Origin: an uncultured Candidatus Pelagibacter sp. | GTDB lineage: Bacteria > Pseudomonadota > Alphaproteobacteria > Pelagibacterales > Pelagibacteraceae | DNA length: 64,000 nt | Assembly: GCA_905618895.1 (NCBI GenBank) | Contig: CAJQTA010000004.1 | Location: 1,978-65,977, forward strand | Direction of reading: 5' to 3' | In this document: positions 22,289-32,603 of the stretch, in pieces | How positions within the stretch are numbered: position 1 is the first letter of the stretch | Layout of the letters: the number at the start of each line of letters is the position of its first letter | Notes under the pieces: generated by a model | What the model was told of the DNA's origin: nothing | Seen by the model: only the letters and a program-made list of their open reading frames with translations | Databases searched by the model: none | Translations under genes and position numbers: made by a program

Positions 22289-22975
22289 ATGAGAAAATTA
22301 ACGATAGCAATCATAATGTTGATGTCATCGATATCACTTGCCTCTGCAGAGCTAGGTGTAAAAATTGGTGTATCAGCTGACCTTGGTACTTTTAGTACTC
22401 AGGGTTCTGAAAATGAAGGCGGAGAAGTATCAAAAAAAAAAGATGCTGAATCTTTAGTTGGATTTGGTTCTTTCTTCTTTGAAAAAGACTTGGCATTTTT
22501 ACCTGGACCATTTGCAAGACTGAGTGTTGGTTACTCTTATGTACCTCATGACATTAAATCAGGTACTGCAGATAGAAAAGATACTGACTTAAGTCCTGAC
22601 AGAGCAGGGAATGGTACACAGGATGTAGCTATAGATCAAATAGTACAAGTTGACTTTTCTAACTTTAATACTTTGTACGCAACTTTAAACATCACTGACT
22701 GGCTTTACGTGAAAATGGGAACAATGGAAATTGATCTTACTACTAACGAAAAATTAGGAACAGGTTCTGCATATGGTAATACATCTTTAGATGGTAGTAC
22801 TATTGGTGCTGGTGTTCACGTTGAAAAAGATAACGGTTTATTCTTTAGATTTGAAGTAAATGAACAGAGTTTTGATGGTGTTACATTAACATCAACTACT
22901 AACTCTGCTAACAAAGTTACTGTTACAGATTTAGATGGTACAACTGCTAAAATTTCTATTGGAAAAGCATTCTAA
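22289..22975 (+). CDS. Outer membrane beta-barrel protein
   Basis: Signal peptide, alternating amphipathic strands, C-terminal Phe (SIGKAF); own terminator. Confidence 0.78.
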   Translation: MRKLTIAIIMLMSSISLASAELGVKIGVSADLGTFSTQGSENEGGEVSKKKDAESLVGFGSFFFEKDLAFLPGPFARLSVGYSYVPHDIKSGTADRKDTDLSPDRAGNGTQDVAIDQIVQVDFSNFNTLYATLNITDWLYVKMGTMEIDLTTNEKLGTGSAYGNTSLDGSTIGAGVHVEKDNGLFFRFEVNEQSFDGVTLTSTTNSANKVTVTDLDGTTAKISIGKAF

Positions 22976-22999
22976 TATAAATTTTTAGTTAAAAAATTT

Positions 23000-23028
23000 A
23001 AGCCCCCATTTATGGGGGCTTTTTTTTT
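23000..23028 (+). terminator. Rho-independent terminator
   Basis: AAGCCCCCAT-TT-ATGGGGGCTT followed by a T-run, after the OMP gene. Confidence 0.9.
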
Positions 23029-23065
23029 GCCAAAAAAATAACATTTTACTGATATAGTAAGAATT

Positions 23066-23833
23066 ATGAAATTAGGATTTGTTGGAACTGGCAAAATAGC
23101 ATCAGCAGTAATCACTGGAATATGTACATCAAAAATACCATTTAATAGAATATTAATTTCACCACGAAATAAATTAATTGCACAGAAATTAAAAAAAAAA
23201 TTTAAAAAAGTAATTATAGCAAAAAATAATCAAGAAATAGTTAATTCATGTAACTGGGTTTTTTTATCAATAACCCCCATGGTAGGAAAAAAAATTATCA
23301 AAGATTTAAAGTTTAAATCTAACCAAACAATAATTAGCTTCATCTCTACAATTACATTAGAGCAATTAAGAAAAGCAATTAAGGTTAAAGCTAAAATAGT
23401 TAGAGCCATTCCTTTACCACCAATATCTCTTAAAAAAGGACCTGTTCCCATTTGTCCACCTAATAAAAAAGTTGGTAATTTTTTTAATAAGCTTGGAACA
23501 ACAGTTGAAATTAAAAAAGAAAAATTATCAATAAATTTTTGGTCTACATCAGGAATGATGGCACCATTTTATCAAATTTTAAAAGTAATGACTGATTGGT
23601 TAGTTAAAAGAGGAGTTAAAAGGGATCAAGCACAAAAATATGTCACTTCTTTATTTTTAGCTTTATCAAAAGATGCAGTTTTAAATTCTAAAAAAGATTT
23701 AAAATATTTAGTTAAAGAATCACAAACACCTAAAGGATTAAATGAACAAGGTGTAAGCGAACTGTCAAAAGCTGGCTTTTATAAATCTTTAGAAAAAACG
23801 CTGAACAACATTCACAAACGGTTAAGCAAATAA
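23066..23833 (+). CDS. Pyrroline-5-carboxylate reductase-like NAD(P)-binding protein
   Basis: GFVGTGKI, VRAIP, TPKGLNEQG, resembling the ProC family. Confidence 0.75.
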   Translation: MKLGFVGTGKIASAVITGICTSKIPFNRILISPRNKLIAQKLKKKFKKVIIAKNNQEIVNSCNWVFLSITPMVGKKIIKDLKFKSNQTIISFISTITLEQLRKAIKVKAKIVRAIPLPPISLKKGPVPICPPNKKVGNFFNKLGTTVEIKKEKLSINFWSTSGMMAPFYQILKVMTDWLVKRGVKRDQAQKYVTSLFLALSKDAVLNSKKDLKYLVKESQTPKGLNEQGVSELSKAGFYKSLEKTLNNIHKRLSK

Positions 23834-23838
23834 AAATT

Positions 23839-24633
23839 ATGAAAGAAAATTCAAATATTTTACAGATTGAGAATCTATCTAAGTATTTTGGTGGCTTGGC
23901 GGCAGTCAATGATTGTTCTTTAAAAATAAAAAAAGGATCTATTACAGGCATAATTGGTCCAAATGGATCTGGAAAAACAACACTATTTAATTTAATTGCA
24001 GGAAATTTAAAAGCTTCTAATGGGAGGGTCTTATTTGACAATGAAGATGTAACTGATGTACCTTCATATGAATTATTTTCAAAAGGTATACTTAGAACCT
24101 TTCAAATAGCACATGAATTTACAAATTTATCAGTGCTTGAAAACTTAATGATGGTTCCAGCAAATCAGTCTGGTGAAAAACTAATGACAGCATTACTTAA
24201 ACCAAGTCTTGTTAAAAGTGAAGAATTACAAATAAAACAAAAAGCTCAGGATGTTGTTGATTTTTTAAATTTAAAACATTTATCAAATGAACTAGCAGGA
24301 AACTTATCAGGTGGTCAAAAAAAATTATTAGAACTTGGACGTACAATGATGGTTGATGCTAAGATAGTATTACTTGATGAAGTAGGAGCAGGGGTTAATC
24401 GTACATTGCTTAAAGACCTAGGTACCGCAATCTTAAAATTAAACAAAGAACAAGGTTATACTTTTTGTATGATTGAGCATGATATGGATTTTATCAGTAG
24501 GTTATGTGATCCAGTAATTGTTATGGCTGAAGGAACTGTTTTGTTTGAAGGAACAGCTGATGAAGTTAAAAAAGATGAAAAAGTTATAGAAAGCTACTTA
24601 GGCAGAGGCTCAAAACTAAAGGTAAATAATTAA
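23839..24633 (+). CDS. Liv-type ABC transporter ATPase (LivG-like)
   Basis: FGGLAAV, GPNGSGKTT, RTFQ, LSGGQKK, IEHDM. Confidence 0.92.
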   Translation: MKENSNILQIENLSKYFGGLAAVNDCSLKIKKGSITGIIGPNGSGKTTLFNLIAGNLKASNGRVLFDNEDVTDVPSYELFSKGILRTFQIAHEFTNLSVLENLMMVPANQSGEKLMTALLKPSLVKSEELQIKQKAQDVVDFLNLKHLSNELAGNLSGGQKKLLELGRTMMVDAKIVLLDEVGAGVNRTLLKDLGTAILKLNKEQGYTFCMIEHDMDFISRLCDPVIVMAEGTVLFEGTADEVKKDEKVIESYLGRGSKLKVNN

Positions 24634-25340
24634 TGGCTTTTTTTGAAGGAATAAAGATGACTGGTGGTTATGGTAATGGACCAGATATTATTAACTCTTG
24701 CTCAGTAAATGTTAATAGGGGAGAGATAGTTTCAATTCTTGGCCCTAATGGTGCGGGTAAATCGACAGCTATGAAAGCCATGTTGGGACTTTTAGATTTA
24801 AAATCTGGCTTTGTGACGATCGACGGAAAAGATATTTCAAAACTTTCACCACAAGACAGAGTTAAAGAAGGCATTTCATTTGTTCCACAAACAAAAAATG
24901 TTTTTGCAGGCATGAGTGTTGAGGAAAACTTAGAAATGGGCGCATACTTAAGAAATGATGATTACCAAAATGTTATAGAGGAAATTTATGAACTTTTTCC
25001 AATATTAAAAGAAAAAAAAGACCAATTAGTAGGAGAATTATCAGGTGGCCAAAGACAGCAAGTTGCACTTGGTAGAGCATTAATGATTAAACCATCAGTA
25101 TTAATGTTAGATGAGCCTACTGCAGGAGTGTCTCCAATAGTAATGGATGAATTATTCGATCATATTATTAAAGTAAAAAGAAAGAATGTTGCAATTTTAA
25201 TGGTTGAACAAAATGCTAAACAAGCATTAAATATTTCAGACAGAGGCTATGTTTTAGTTACTGGCGAAAATCGATATACAGGAACTGGTAAAGAATTATT
25301 AAATGATCCTAGAGTAAGAAGCTCATTTTTAGGAGGATAA
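24633..25340 (+). CDS. Liv-type ABC transporter ATPase (LivF-like)
   Basis: GPNGAGKST, LSGGQRQ, VEQNA, FLGG end. Confidence 0.92.
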   Translation: MAFFEGIKMTGGYGNGPDIINSCSVNVNRGEIVSILGPNGAGKSTAMKAMLGLLDLKSGFVTIDGKDISKLSPQDRVKEGISFVPQTKNVFAGMSVEENLEMGAYLRNDDYQNVIEEIYELFPILKEKKDQLVGELSGGQRQQVALGRALMIKPSVLMLDEPTAGVSPIVMDELFDHIIKVKRKNVAILMVEQNAKQALNISDRGYVLVTGENRYTGTGKELLNDPRVRSSFLGG

Positions 25341-25341
25341 A

Positions 25342-26352
25342 ATGGATTTTTTAAATGCAATTATATTACTATTAAATTATATTTTTGTTCCAGCTTTAAC
25401 CTATGGTTCACAGTTAGCACTTGGAGCAATCTTTGTTACTTTAATATATGGAATTTTAAGATTTGCTAATTTCGCAACTGGAGACATGATGGCATTTGGA
25501 ACAATGGTAACCATCTTAATTACTTGGTATTTTCAATCACTTGGTATTTCTCTTGGTTTTTTACCGACAGCCCTTCTCGCTATTCCTTTTGCAATAATTT
25601 TTATGATTGGCTATATGCTTTTTATAGATAAATTTGTTTTTAGATATTACAGAGTTAACAAAAGTCCACCGGTTCAACTTGCAATGGTAAGCATAGGTGT
25701 AATGTTTGTAACTCAAGCAGTTGTTAGAATAATAATTGGCCCTTCAGACCGAAGATTCTTTGATGGAGAAAAATTTATAATTAAAGCAAGTAAGTTTAAA
25801 GAAATGGCAGGACTTAATGAAGGTTTAGCAATTAAATCTAGTCAAGTATTAACTATTTTTATAACGCTCATACTAGTTTCAATTTTATTTTGGTTTTTAA
25901 ATAAAACCAAAACAGGAAAAAGTATGCGTGCTTATTCAGATAATGAGGATTTAGCTTTATTATCTGGCATTGATCCTAAAAGAGTAGTTATGATTACGTG
26001 GATTATTGCAGGTATTTTGGCAACAATTGGTGGGGCATTATATGGTTTGGATAAAAGCTTTAAACCTTTTACTTATTTTAACAACATGTTACCAATTTTT
26101 GCTGCAGCAATTGTTGGTGGAATAGGTAACCCATTTGGGGCATTTTTAGGTGGGTACGTCATAGCTTTTTCTGAAATATTTTTAACATATGCTTACAAGA
26201 AGTTTTTTATGTACATTTTACCAGAAAGTATGGAGCCAGAAACTTTAATTCAATTATTATCAACAGATTATAAATTTGCTGTATCATTTTCTATACTGGT
26301 AATTGTTTTGCTCTACAGACCAAATGGCATATTCAAAGGAAAGGTACTATGA
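25342..26352 (+). CDS. Liv-type ABC permease (LivH-like)
   Basis: LIYGILRFANFA, GKSMRA, AAIVGGIG. Confidence 0.9.
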   Translation: MDFLNAIILLLNYIFVPALTYGSQLALGAIFVTLIYGILRFANFATGDMMAFGTMVTILITWYFQSLGISLGFLPTALLAIPFAIIFMIGYMLFIDKFVFRYYRVNKSPPVQLAMVSIGVMFVTQAVVRIIIGPSDRRFFDGEKFIIKASKFKEMAGLNEGLAIKSSQVLTIFITLILVSILFWFLNKTKTGKSMRAYSDNEDLALLSGIDPKRVVMITWIIAGILATIGGALYGLDKSFKPFTYFNNMLPIFAAAIVGGIGNPFGAFLGGYVIAFSEIFLTYAYKKFFMYILPESMEPETLIQLLSTDYKFAVSFSILVIVLLYRPNGIFKGKVL

Positions 26353-27719
26353 GAAAGCACCTAAATGTAATTACAGCGTATATGATAATGCTAGGTTTAA
26401 TTATTTTGGTTGGAATATTTCAATCATGGAATGTTGCTCTATCAATTTTTAATATGTGCTTAATTTCTGCCGTGATGACAATGGGAGCAAACGTACAGTG
26501 GGGTTATGCTGGTTTAATTAATTTTGGTCTTATGGGTTATGCAGCTTTAGGAGGATTAGCAGCTGTATTAATATCAGTTGATCCTGTTCAAGAAGCGTGG
26601 AGTGCAGGTGGATTTGATATTCTAATGTGCCTAGGGCTCATAATTGCAATGATCTTCCTTGTTAAGTTTATTTTAAAAAATTTTGAAAAATCAAAAGCAA
26701 GAACATATGGAATAGCAGGAGTTATAATTGTAGGAATTATAATCATAAGAATTACCTCTGAATCAGGCATAGAAGCGATTGAAGCTGTAAATCCAGCAAC
26801 AACAGGTTTTCTTGGAGGTCTAGGTTTACCAATAGTATTTTCGTGGATAGTTGGAGCTTTCTTTGCTGCGGGATTAGCATTTGTAGTGGGTAAGATTGCT
26901 CTTGGTTTACGTGCAGACTACTTAGCAATTGCCACACTACTTATTTCTGAGATTGTAATAGCTATAATAAAACATGAAGATTGGTTGGCAAGAGGCGTCA
27001 AGAATGTAATTGGATTAGATCGGCCAGTGCCTTATGAGGTTAATCTTCAAGTCACTGAATGGTTTATTAGCTTAGTTGCAAAATTTAATTCAGGTAAATT
27101 AGATTTAATTTCCAATATTGCAGATAAACAAGCTGCACTTAATCAACTAGTTATTGAAGGATCGTCAGTATTTGTAAAGCTATGTTACTCAGGTTTATTC
27201 TTAATTGTAGTTATAGCCTTATTAATAGTCACTCAAAAAGCACTTTATTCTCCATGGGGAAGAATGATGAGAGCCATTAGAGACAATGAAGAAGCAGCAA
27301 ATGCTATGGGTAAAAATGTTGTTAAACAACACTTGTTAATATTTATATTAGGATCAGCAATTGTAGGGATTGCAGGAGCAATGCTTGTCACACAAGATGG
27401 TTTATTCACACCTGGAAGCTATCGACCTATGAGGTACACTTTTTTAATCTGGGTAATGGTGATTGTAGGTGGGAGTGGAAATAATTTTGGTGCGATTTTA
27501 GGTGGATTTGCAGTTTGGTTCCTATGGATTGAAGCTGCTCCAATATCTTTATTTTTAATTAATCTATTTACAGCAGGTTTGCCAGAAACTCATGAGATAA
27601 AAATCCATTTAATAGAAAGTGTTCCTTATTTTAGGTATTTAATGATGGGAATGGGTTTATTGTTAATTATGAGGTATCGCCCAAAAGGTATACTTCCTGA
27701 GAAAATAGAAATAAAATAA
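26349..27719 (+). CDS. Liv-type ABC permease (LivM-like)
   Basis: GYAGLINFG, LRADYLAIATL, SPWGRMMRAIRDNE, RPKGILPE. Confidence 0.9.
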   Translation: MRKHLNVITAYMIMLGLIILVGIFQSWNVALSIFNMCLISAVMTMGANVQWGYAGLINFGLMGYAALGGLAAVLISVDPVQEAWSAGGFDILMCLGLIIAMIFLVKFILKNFEKSKARTYGIAGVIIVGIIIIRITSESGIEAIEAVNPATTGFLGGLGLPIVFSWIVGAFFAAGLAFVVGKIALGLRADYLAIATLLISEIVIAIIKHEDWLARGVKNVIGLDRPVPYEVNLQVTEWFISLVAKFNSGKLDLISNIADKQAALNQLVIEGSSVFVKLCYSGLFLIVVIALLIVTQKALYSPWGRMMRAIRDNEEAANAMGKNVVKQHLLIFILGSAIVGIAGAMLVTQDGLFTPGSYRPMRYTFLIWVMVIVGGSGNNFGAILGGFAVWFLWIEAAPISLFLINLFTAGLPETHEIKIHLIESVPYFRYLMMGMGLLLIMRYRPKGILPEKIEIK

Positions 27720-27726
27720 AATTATT

Positions 27727-27795
27727 ATGAAATATATTATACTTGGAGCTGCAGTAGCATGGGCCATGTACATTGGTGATAAATATTTTTTTTAA
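27727..27795 (+). CDS. Putative 22-aa small membrane peptide
   Basis: MKYIILGAAVAWAMYIGDKYFF*; fills the gap and its TAA overlaps the MFS ATG (TAATG). Below the ORF track cutoff. Confidence 0.45.
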   Translation: MKYIILGAAVAWAMYIGDKYFF

Positions 27796-28958
27796 TGAAT
27801 AGGAATTTATGGTTGTTGATTTTAAGTCAGATCTTTGCTTTTACTGCAGCACCAGTTACAGTTTTCTTAAGTGGCATAATTGGCTCCCAGTTTAGTCCAA
27901 TAAAATCTTTAGCAACACTACCAATGACTTTATCAATTGTAGGTGTTGCAATTTTTGCATTTTTTGCTGCAAAAATTATGAGTATAATTGGTCGAAGAGC
28001 AGGCTTTATCTTTTCTTCAATTGGAAGTTCATTATCATCACTGCTTGCTGCTTACTCAATAATTAGTGAAAGTTTTATTTTATTTAATTTTGCATGTTTT
28101 TTACTAGGGGCAGGAGTAGCTTTTAGTCATCAGTATCGTTTTGCAGCTGTTGAAACTGTAAAAAAAGATATGGCACCTAAGGCTATATCAATAATATTAT
28201 TAGCAGGTATAGGATCGGCTTTTATAGGACCAAATGCAGCTAATTTTTCAAAAGAAATTATTTCCGAGCATTTATACGCTGGGTCATACATTGTACTTGC
28301 TGCTTTAACACTTACATCAACAATTTTTTTGTTATTTTATAAAGATGGACACAAATCAAATAATGTTATTAAAAAAAATTCACGGAATTATTTTGAATTA
28401 ATTTCTCAACCAAGATTTTTACAAGCATTAATTGCTTCTGCATTTGCTTATGCTGTAATGGCATTTTTAATGACAGCCACACCAATAAGTATGCATGTAA
28501 TGGAAAAAATAAGTTTAACTAAAACAGGATTGGTAATTCAACTTCATATTGCAGCTATGTTTTTACCGTCATTAGTTACAGGTAATTTGATAAGAAAATT
28601 TGGACATAGTAAAATAATGTATGCTGGTGTTTTTTTATTTTTGATAACAATTTTAACTAGTTTGTTTGATCAAAATTTTATAAATTATTTAATTGCATTA
28701 GTTTTTTTAGGATTTGGTTGGAACTTTTTATTTGTATCAGGAACAAGTTTGTTAGTTTTGTCGTATAGGGAAAATGAAAAATTTAAAGCACAAGGTTTTA
28801 ATGATTTAATAGTTTATTCAATTCAAGCAAGTGCCAGTTTATCTGCAGGAGTTTTTTTAACCTTAACAAGTTGGAAAACAATGAATTTAGTTTGTATAAC
28901 TTTTTTGGTTTTAATTATTTTATCAACACTGCGAGCTGATATTAAAGAAAGAAAATAA
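27795..28958 (+). CDS. MFS transporter
   Basis: About 12 TM helices, IGRRAGF loop, YRFAA, GWNFLF. Confidence 0.88.
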   Translation: MNRNLWLLILSQIFAFTAAPVTVFLSGIIGSQFSPIKSLATLPMTLSIVGVAIFAFFAAKIMSIIGRRAGFIFSSIGSSLSSLLAAYSIISESFILFNFACFLLGAGVAFSHQYRFAAVETVKKDMAPKAISIILLAGIGSAFIGPNAANFSKEIISEHLYAGSYIVLAALTLTSTIFLLFYKDGHKSNNVIKKNSRNYFELISQPRFLQALIASAFAYAVMAFLMTATPISMHVMEKISLTKTGLVIQLHIAAMFLPSLVTGNLIRKFGHSKIMYAGVFLFLITILTSLFDQNFINYLIALVFLGFGWNFLFVSGTSLLVLSYRENEKFKAQGFNDLIVYSIQASASLSAGVFLTLTSWKTMNLVCITFLVLIILSTLRADIKERK

Positions 28959-28960
28959 AA

Positions 28961-29722
28961 GTGGATTTTTTATCATATTTTGAGCTCAATTTAGTCGAAA
29001 TTTATTTTGTAATATTCACAGTATTTATTGCGTCAATAATAAGAGGCTTCAATGGCTTTGGTTTTTCAGCAACATGTATTTCTGGTTTTTCTTTTATACT
29101 CCCTGCAATAGAAATAGTTCCAATTATCCTAGCGTTAGAGGTAGCAATTAGTATTTTTATGATTCCATATATTTGGAACAAAATTGACTGGAGATTTGTT
29201 TTTAAAATATTATTAGGAATAATAATTGGATCTCCCATTGGTCTTTATTTATTGAAGCATTTAAACCCACAAACAACTCATTTATCTGTTTGTTTACTAA
29301 TAATTTTTTTTTCAATTTTATTAATGAAAGGATATGCCAATCAAAAAATTGATAATAATTATGGAAAATTTTTTACTGGGATAGTTTCTGGAACATTGAA
29401 TGGACTTACAACATTGGGTGGTATGCCAGTGGCACTTTTTTTATTAATCACAAGCATTCAACCAGCAGTAATTAGAGGTTCGTTGGCGGCTCTATTTTTT
29501 GTAACAGACATTTATGCTTTTGTTCTTAGTTTTTTTTCAGGAATTGTTGATATGACAACTATTTATAGAGTAATTCCATTAATTATAATCTTACCACTAG
29601 GAGTTTTTATTGGTGATAAATTTTTTGTTAAAAGCAAGGAAGAAACTTATAGAAAAGTTGTATTTTATTTTCTAATAGTTATTTCAATTTTTGGAGCCAT
29701 AAGAATTATTAGTAATTTTTAA
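28961..29722 (+). CDS. TauE/SafE (TSUP) family exporter
   Basis: RGFNGFGF, GTLNG...GGMP repeats. Confidence 0.85.
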   Translation: MDFLSYFELNLVEIYFVIFTVFIASIIRGFNGFGFSATCISGFSFILPAIEIVPIILALEVAISIFMIPYIWNKIDWRFVFKILLGIIIGSPIGLYLLKHLNPQTTHLSVCLLIIFFSILLMKGYANQKIDNNYGKFFTGIVSGTLNGLTTLGGMPVALFLLITSIQPAVIRGSLAALFFVTDIYAFVLSFFSGIVDMTTIYRVIPLIIILPLGVFIGDKFFVKSKEETYRKVVFYFLIVISIFGAIRIISNF

Positions 29723-29724
29723 AT

Positions 29725-29758
29725 AAAAAACCCCAGCAATTTTCACTGCCGGGGTTTT
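29725..29758 (-). terminator. Rho-independent terminator (probably bidirectional)
   Basis: Minus strand CCCCGGCA-loop-TGCTGGGG-TTTTTT between the convergent tauE-like and SBP genes. Confidence 0.8.
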
Positions 29759-29772
29759 AAAATAAGATCTAA

Positions 29773-30954
29773 CTATCTTTGTTTTTTAGTTCTAAATTTT
29801 CCACCTTTGACTTCTTTTTCTAAAAAAGAACCTTCGGCTTCACCTACGTCAGTAAACATTACTCCTGTTGCACCTTCGTAGTCAATTTTTTTACCACTAG
29901 CTAGTAAATCTAAACCTTTTTTAAGTTGACCTGGATAAATCTTAGTTCCAGGACCGTTAGCAACTGCCATTACATTTTTAGCAATAGAAGCTCTATCAGC
30001 TGATCCACCTGCTTGCATCGCCAAAACGATTAAAGCTGCTGCATCATAAGATTCGCCAGTATAAGGTCCTGAAGAATCTATTCCAGCTGCTTTAGCAACT
30101 GTTGCGAATATACCCGCACCTTTACCAGTAGAACCTGGAATTGAACCAAAAGATTTATTCAAACTTTTTCCAAAAGTATCAGTTAAAGAGTCACCGATCA
30201 TACCATCAGATAGAATAAATTTATCAAATGCACCAGAATCTAATGAGCCTTGAATAATTCCTTTTCCACCTTGGTCAAGATAACCAATTACTGCAACTGC
30301 ATCACCACCAGCTGAAGCTAAAGTCGCTACTTCAGAAGAGTAGTCAGCTTTTCCATCTTCATGAGCAGCTACTGTTGTTACTTTAATGCCATGAGCTTTT
30401 ACAGCTGCTTCATAAACATCAGCTAAACCTTTTCCATAGTCATTATTTGTGTAAGTAATTGCAACACTTTTGATTTTTCTGTCTTTAGTAATATCAGCTA
30501 AAATCTGTCCACCTCTAGCATCAGAAGGAGCTGTTCTAAAAAAGAACCCTTTGTCGTCTAAAGTTGTAAGACCTGGAGATGTTGCTGATGGTGAAATCAT
30601 TACTACACCATTTGGTACAGCAACGTTTGATGCTATAGCACCAGTTACACCTGAACAGTCAGCACCCATAATAGCTGCTACACCCTGTGAAATAACACCT
30701 TCAGCCGCTGTAGTTGCTGCTGCTGAATCAACACAAGTTGAGTCTGCTCTTACTACTGAAATAGTTTCTCCACCTAGTAATGACCCTGAATCAGAAGCTT
30801 CTTTAAAAGCAAGCTCTGCAGATGCAGCCATAGCTGGTGTTAAGGATTCAATAGGACCAGTAAATCCTAATATAATTCCCATTTTAACTTCTGCGAATGT
30901 ACTCGTTGTAAAAGTTGAAACGAATATAAATGCAGCAATAAATAGTTTTTTCAT
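29773..30954 (-). CDS. Liv-type ABC substrate-binding protein (possibly L-pyroglutamate-binding)
   Basis: Signal peptide, ISPSATSP, FFRTAPSD, NNDYGKG. Substrate guess comes from nearby pxpABC. Confidence 0.88.
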   Translation of the reverse strand: MKKLFIAAFIFVSTFTTSTFAEVKMGIILGFTGPIESLTPAMAASAELAFKEASDSGSLLGGETISVVRADSTCVDSAAATTAAEGVISQGVAAIMGADCSGVTGAIASNVAVPNGVVMISPSATSPGLTTLDDKGFFFRTAPSDARGGQILADITKDRKIKSVAITYTNNDYGKGLADVYEAAVKAHGIKVTTVAAHEDGKADYSSEVATLASAGGDAVAVIGYLDQGGKGIIQGSLDSGAFDKFILSDGMIGDSLTDTFGKSLNKSFGSIPGSTGKGAGIFATVAKAAGIDSSGPYTGESYDAAALIVLAMQAGGSADRASIAKNVMAVANGPGTKIYPGQLKKGLDLLASGKKIDYEGATGVMFTDVGEAEGSFLEKEVKGGKFRTKKQR

Positions 30955-31121
30955 TATTTTCCTCTTTAATTGTTAACAATTTATAAAAAGCTAATTAAAT
31001 TATGATTAGCTTGATATTTCAATAGGTAAATTAATTTATTTTATGAAGTAAAAGGACTGAACATATGACAATTATGACCACTATAAGGAGTAAAATTAAT
31101 AAATTCTTTAAAGGAAACTAA

Positions 31122-32603
31122 TTATCCCATTGTGAATGGGTCAGTCATCGGTTTATCTGAAGAATTATACCACGTTGTTTTTATTCTTGTATATTCTTTA
31201 ATTGACTCGATGCCTGCTTCTTTACCATAACCACTATCTTTAATTCCTCCAAATGGTGCCATTGGTGAAATTAATCTGTATGTATTTACAAAAACTATTC
31301 CTGCCCGAATTGCTTTAGAAACCCTTATGCTTCTTCCAATGTTTGTAGTGTAAACTCCGGATGATAAGCCATATTTGTTATCATTCATTTTTTTAATTAC
31401 CTCTGCTTCATTATCAAATTTCATTACAGATAATACTGGACCAAATAATTCATTTTCAGCCGTGGGTAAGTTATGGTTTTCACACTCAATTATTGTTGCA
31501 GGAAAATAATACCCTTTATTAGATATGTTAGATCTCTTACCTCCACATCTAACTTTTCCACCCTGTTCAACAGTAGCTTTAATATTTTTTTCTATATTTT
31601 CTAATTGTTTAAAACTATTTAAAGGACCCATTTGAGTATCCTTATTCATTGGTGCACCTAACTTTATTTTTTCTGCTTTTGCCACCAATTTATCTAAAAA
31701 TTCATCATATATTTCTGACTGAATATAAAGTCTTGATCCAGCAATACAACTTTGACCACTAGCACCAAAAATACCTGCAGTAATTCCATTAAGAGCATTT
31801 TCTTGTTCAGCATCATTAAATATGACAACAGGACTTTTTCCTCCAAGCTCTAGACTTACTTGAGATAAATTTTCTGCAGAATTTTTAACAATATGTTTTG
31901 CGGTGTCAGGACCTCCAGTGAATGCTATTCTTTCTACAAGACTATGAGTTGTTAATGCTTTACCACATGGCTCACCTAATCCTGTTATAACATTAACTAC
32001 CCCCTTAGGTATTCCTGATTTTTCAACTAATTTTGCAAATTCTAACAAAGTTACAGGTGCAAGTTCTGATGCTTTTATTACAACAGTGTTACCCATAGCC
32101 AGTGCAGGCGCAAGTTTGACCGCAGTTAATAACATTTGGGAATTCCAAGGAATAATTGCAGCTATTACGCCAATAGGCATTCGAGTTGTTATCACTTGCA
32201 TATCAGGTTTATCTATTGGCACAACTGTTCCTTCAACTTTATCTGCAAGACCTGCAAAATAATCATAATATTCTGCAATATAATTAGCCTGTGTTTTAGT
32301 TTCTCTAAAAAGTTTTCCTGTATCAATAGTTTCTATTGTGCCAAGGTGTTCTGAATTTTCTCTTAATTGATCTGCAAGTGACCTTAAATATTTAGCTCTC
32401 TCTCTTGGATGTAGATTAGACCAAGAATTTTCAAAAGCTTTTTGTGCAGATTTAACTGCTTTATCAACATCTTCAGCATTTGCCTCAGGCACAGTTGCCC
32501 AAACTTCATTATTTTCAGGATTCAAAGTTTCAATTATTTTATCAGATTCAGAATTAACCCACTGACCATCTATATACATTTTAAATTTTTGAATTTTTGA
32601 CAT
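31122..32603 (-). CDS. Aldehyde dehydrogenase, TgnC-like
   Basis: PWNSQ, FTGG, ELGGKSP, GQSCIAG, ELFGPV; the DKPDM, SAENL and DPF-M segments match my recollection of TgnC. Confidence 0.88.
   Translation of the reverse strand: MSKIQKFKMYIDGQWVNSESDKIIETLNPENNEVWATVPEANAEDVDKAVKSAQKAFENSWSNLHPRERAKYLRSLADQLRENSEHLGTIETIDTGKLFRETKTQANYIAEYYDYFAGLADKVEGTVVPIDKPDMQVITTRMPIGVIAAIIPWNSQMLLTAVKLAPALAMGNTVVIKASELAPVTLLEFAKLVEKSGIPKGVVNVITGLGEPCGKALTTHSLVERIAFTGGPDTAKHIVKNSAENLSQVSLELGGKSPVVIFNDAEQENALNGITAGIFGASGQSCIAGSRLYIQSEIYDEFLDKLVAKAEKIKLGAPMNKDTQMGPLNSFKQLENIEKNIKATVEQGGKVRCGGKRSNISNKGYYFPATIIECENHNLPTAENELFGPVLSVMKFDNEAEVIKKMNDNKYGLSSGVYTTNIGRSIRVSKAIRAGIVFVNTYRLISPMAPFGGIKDSGYGKEAGIESIKEYTRIKTTWYNSSDKPMTDPFTMG

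Noticed and set aside
30470-30976. 168-aa antisense ORF in the SBP gene, and similar nested ORFs such as 37880-38371
   Set aside because: Antisense or out-of-frame shadows of well-supported genes, explained by codon bias.
31030-31121. Hydrophobic minus-strand stretch (FPLKNLLILLLIVVIIVICSVLLLHKIN) and an 18-aa plus-strand ORF
   Set aside because: The first has no start codon after an in-frame TAG; the second has no supporting features. At most a decayed remnant.
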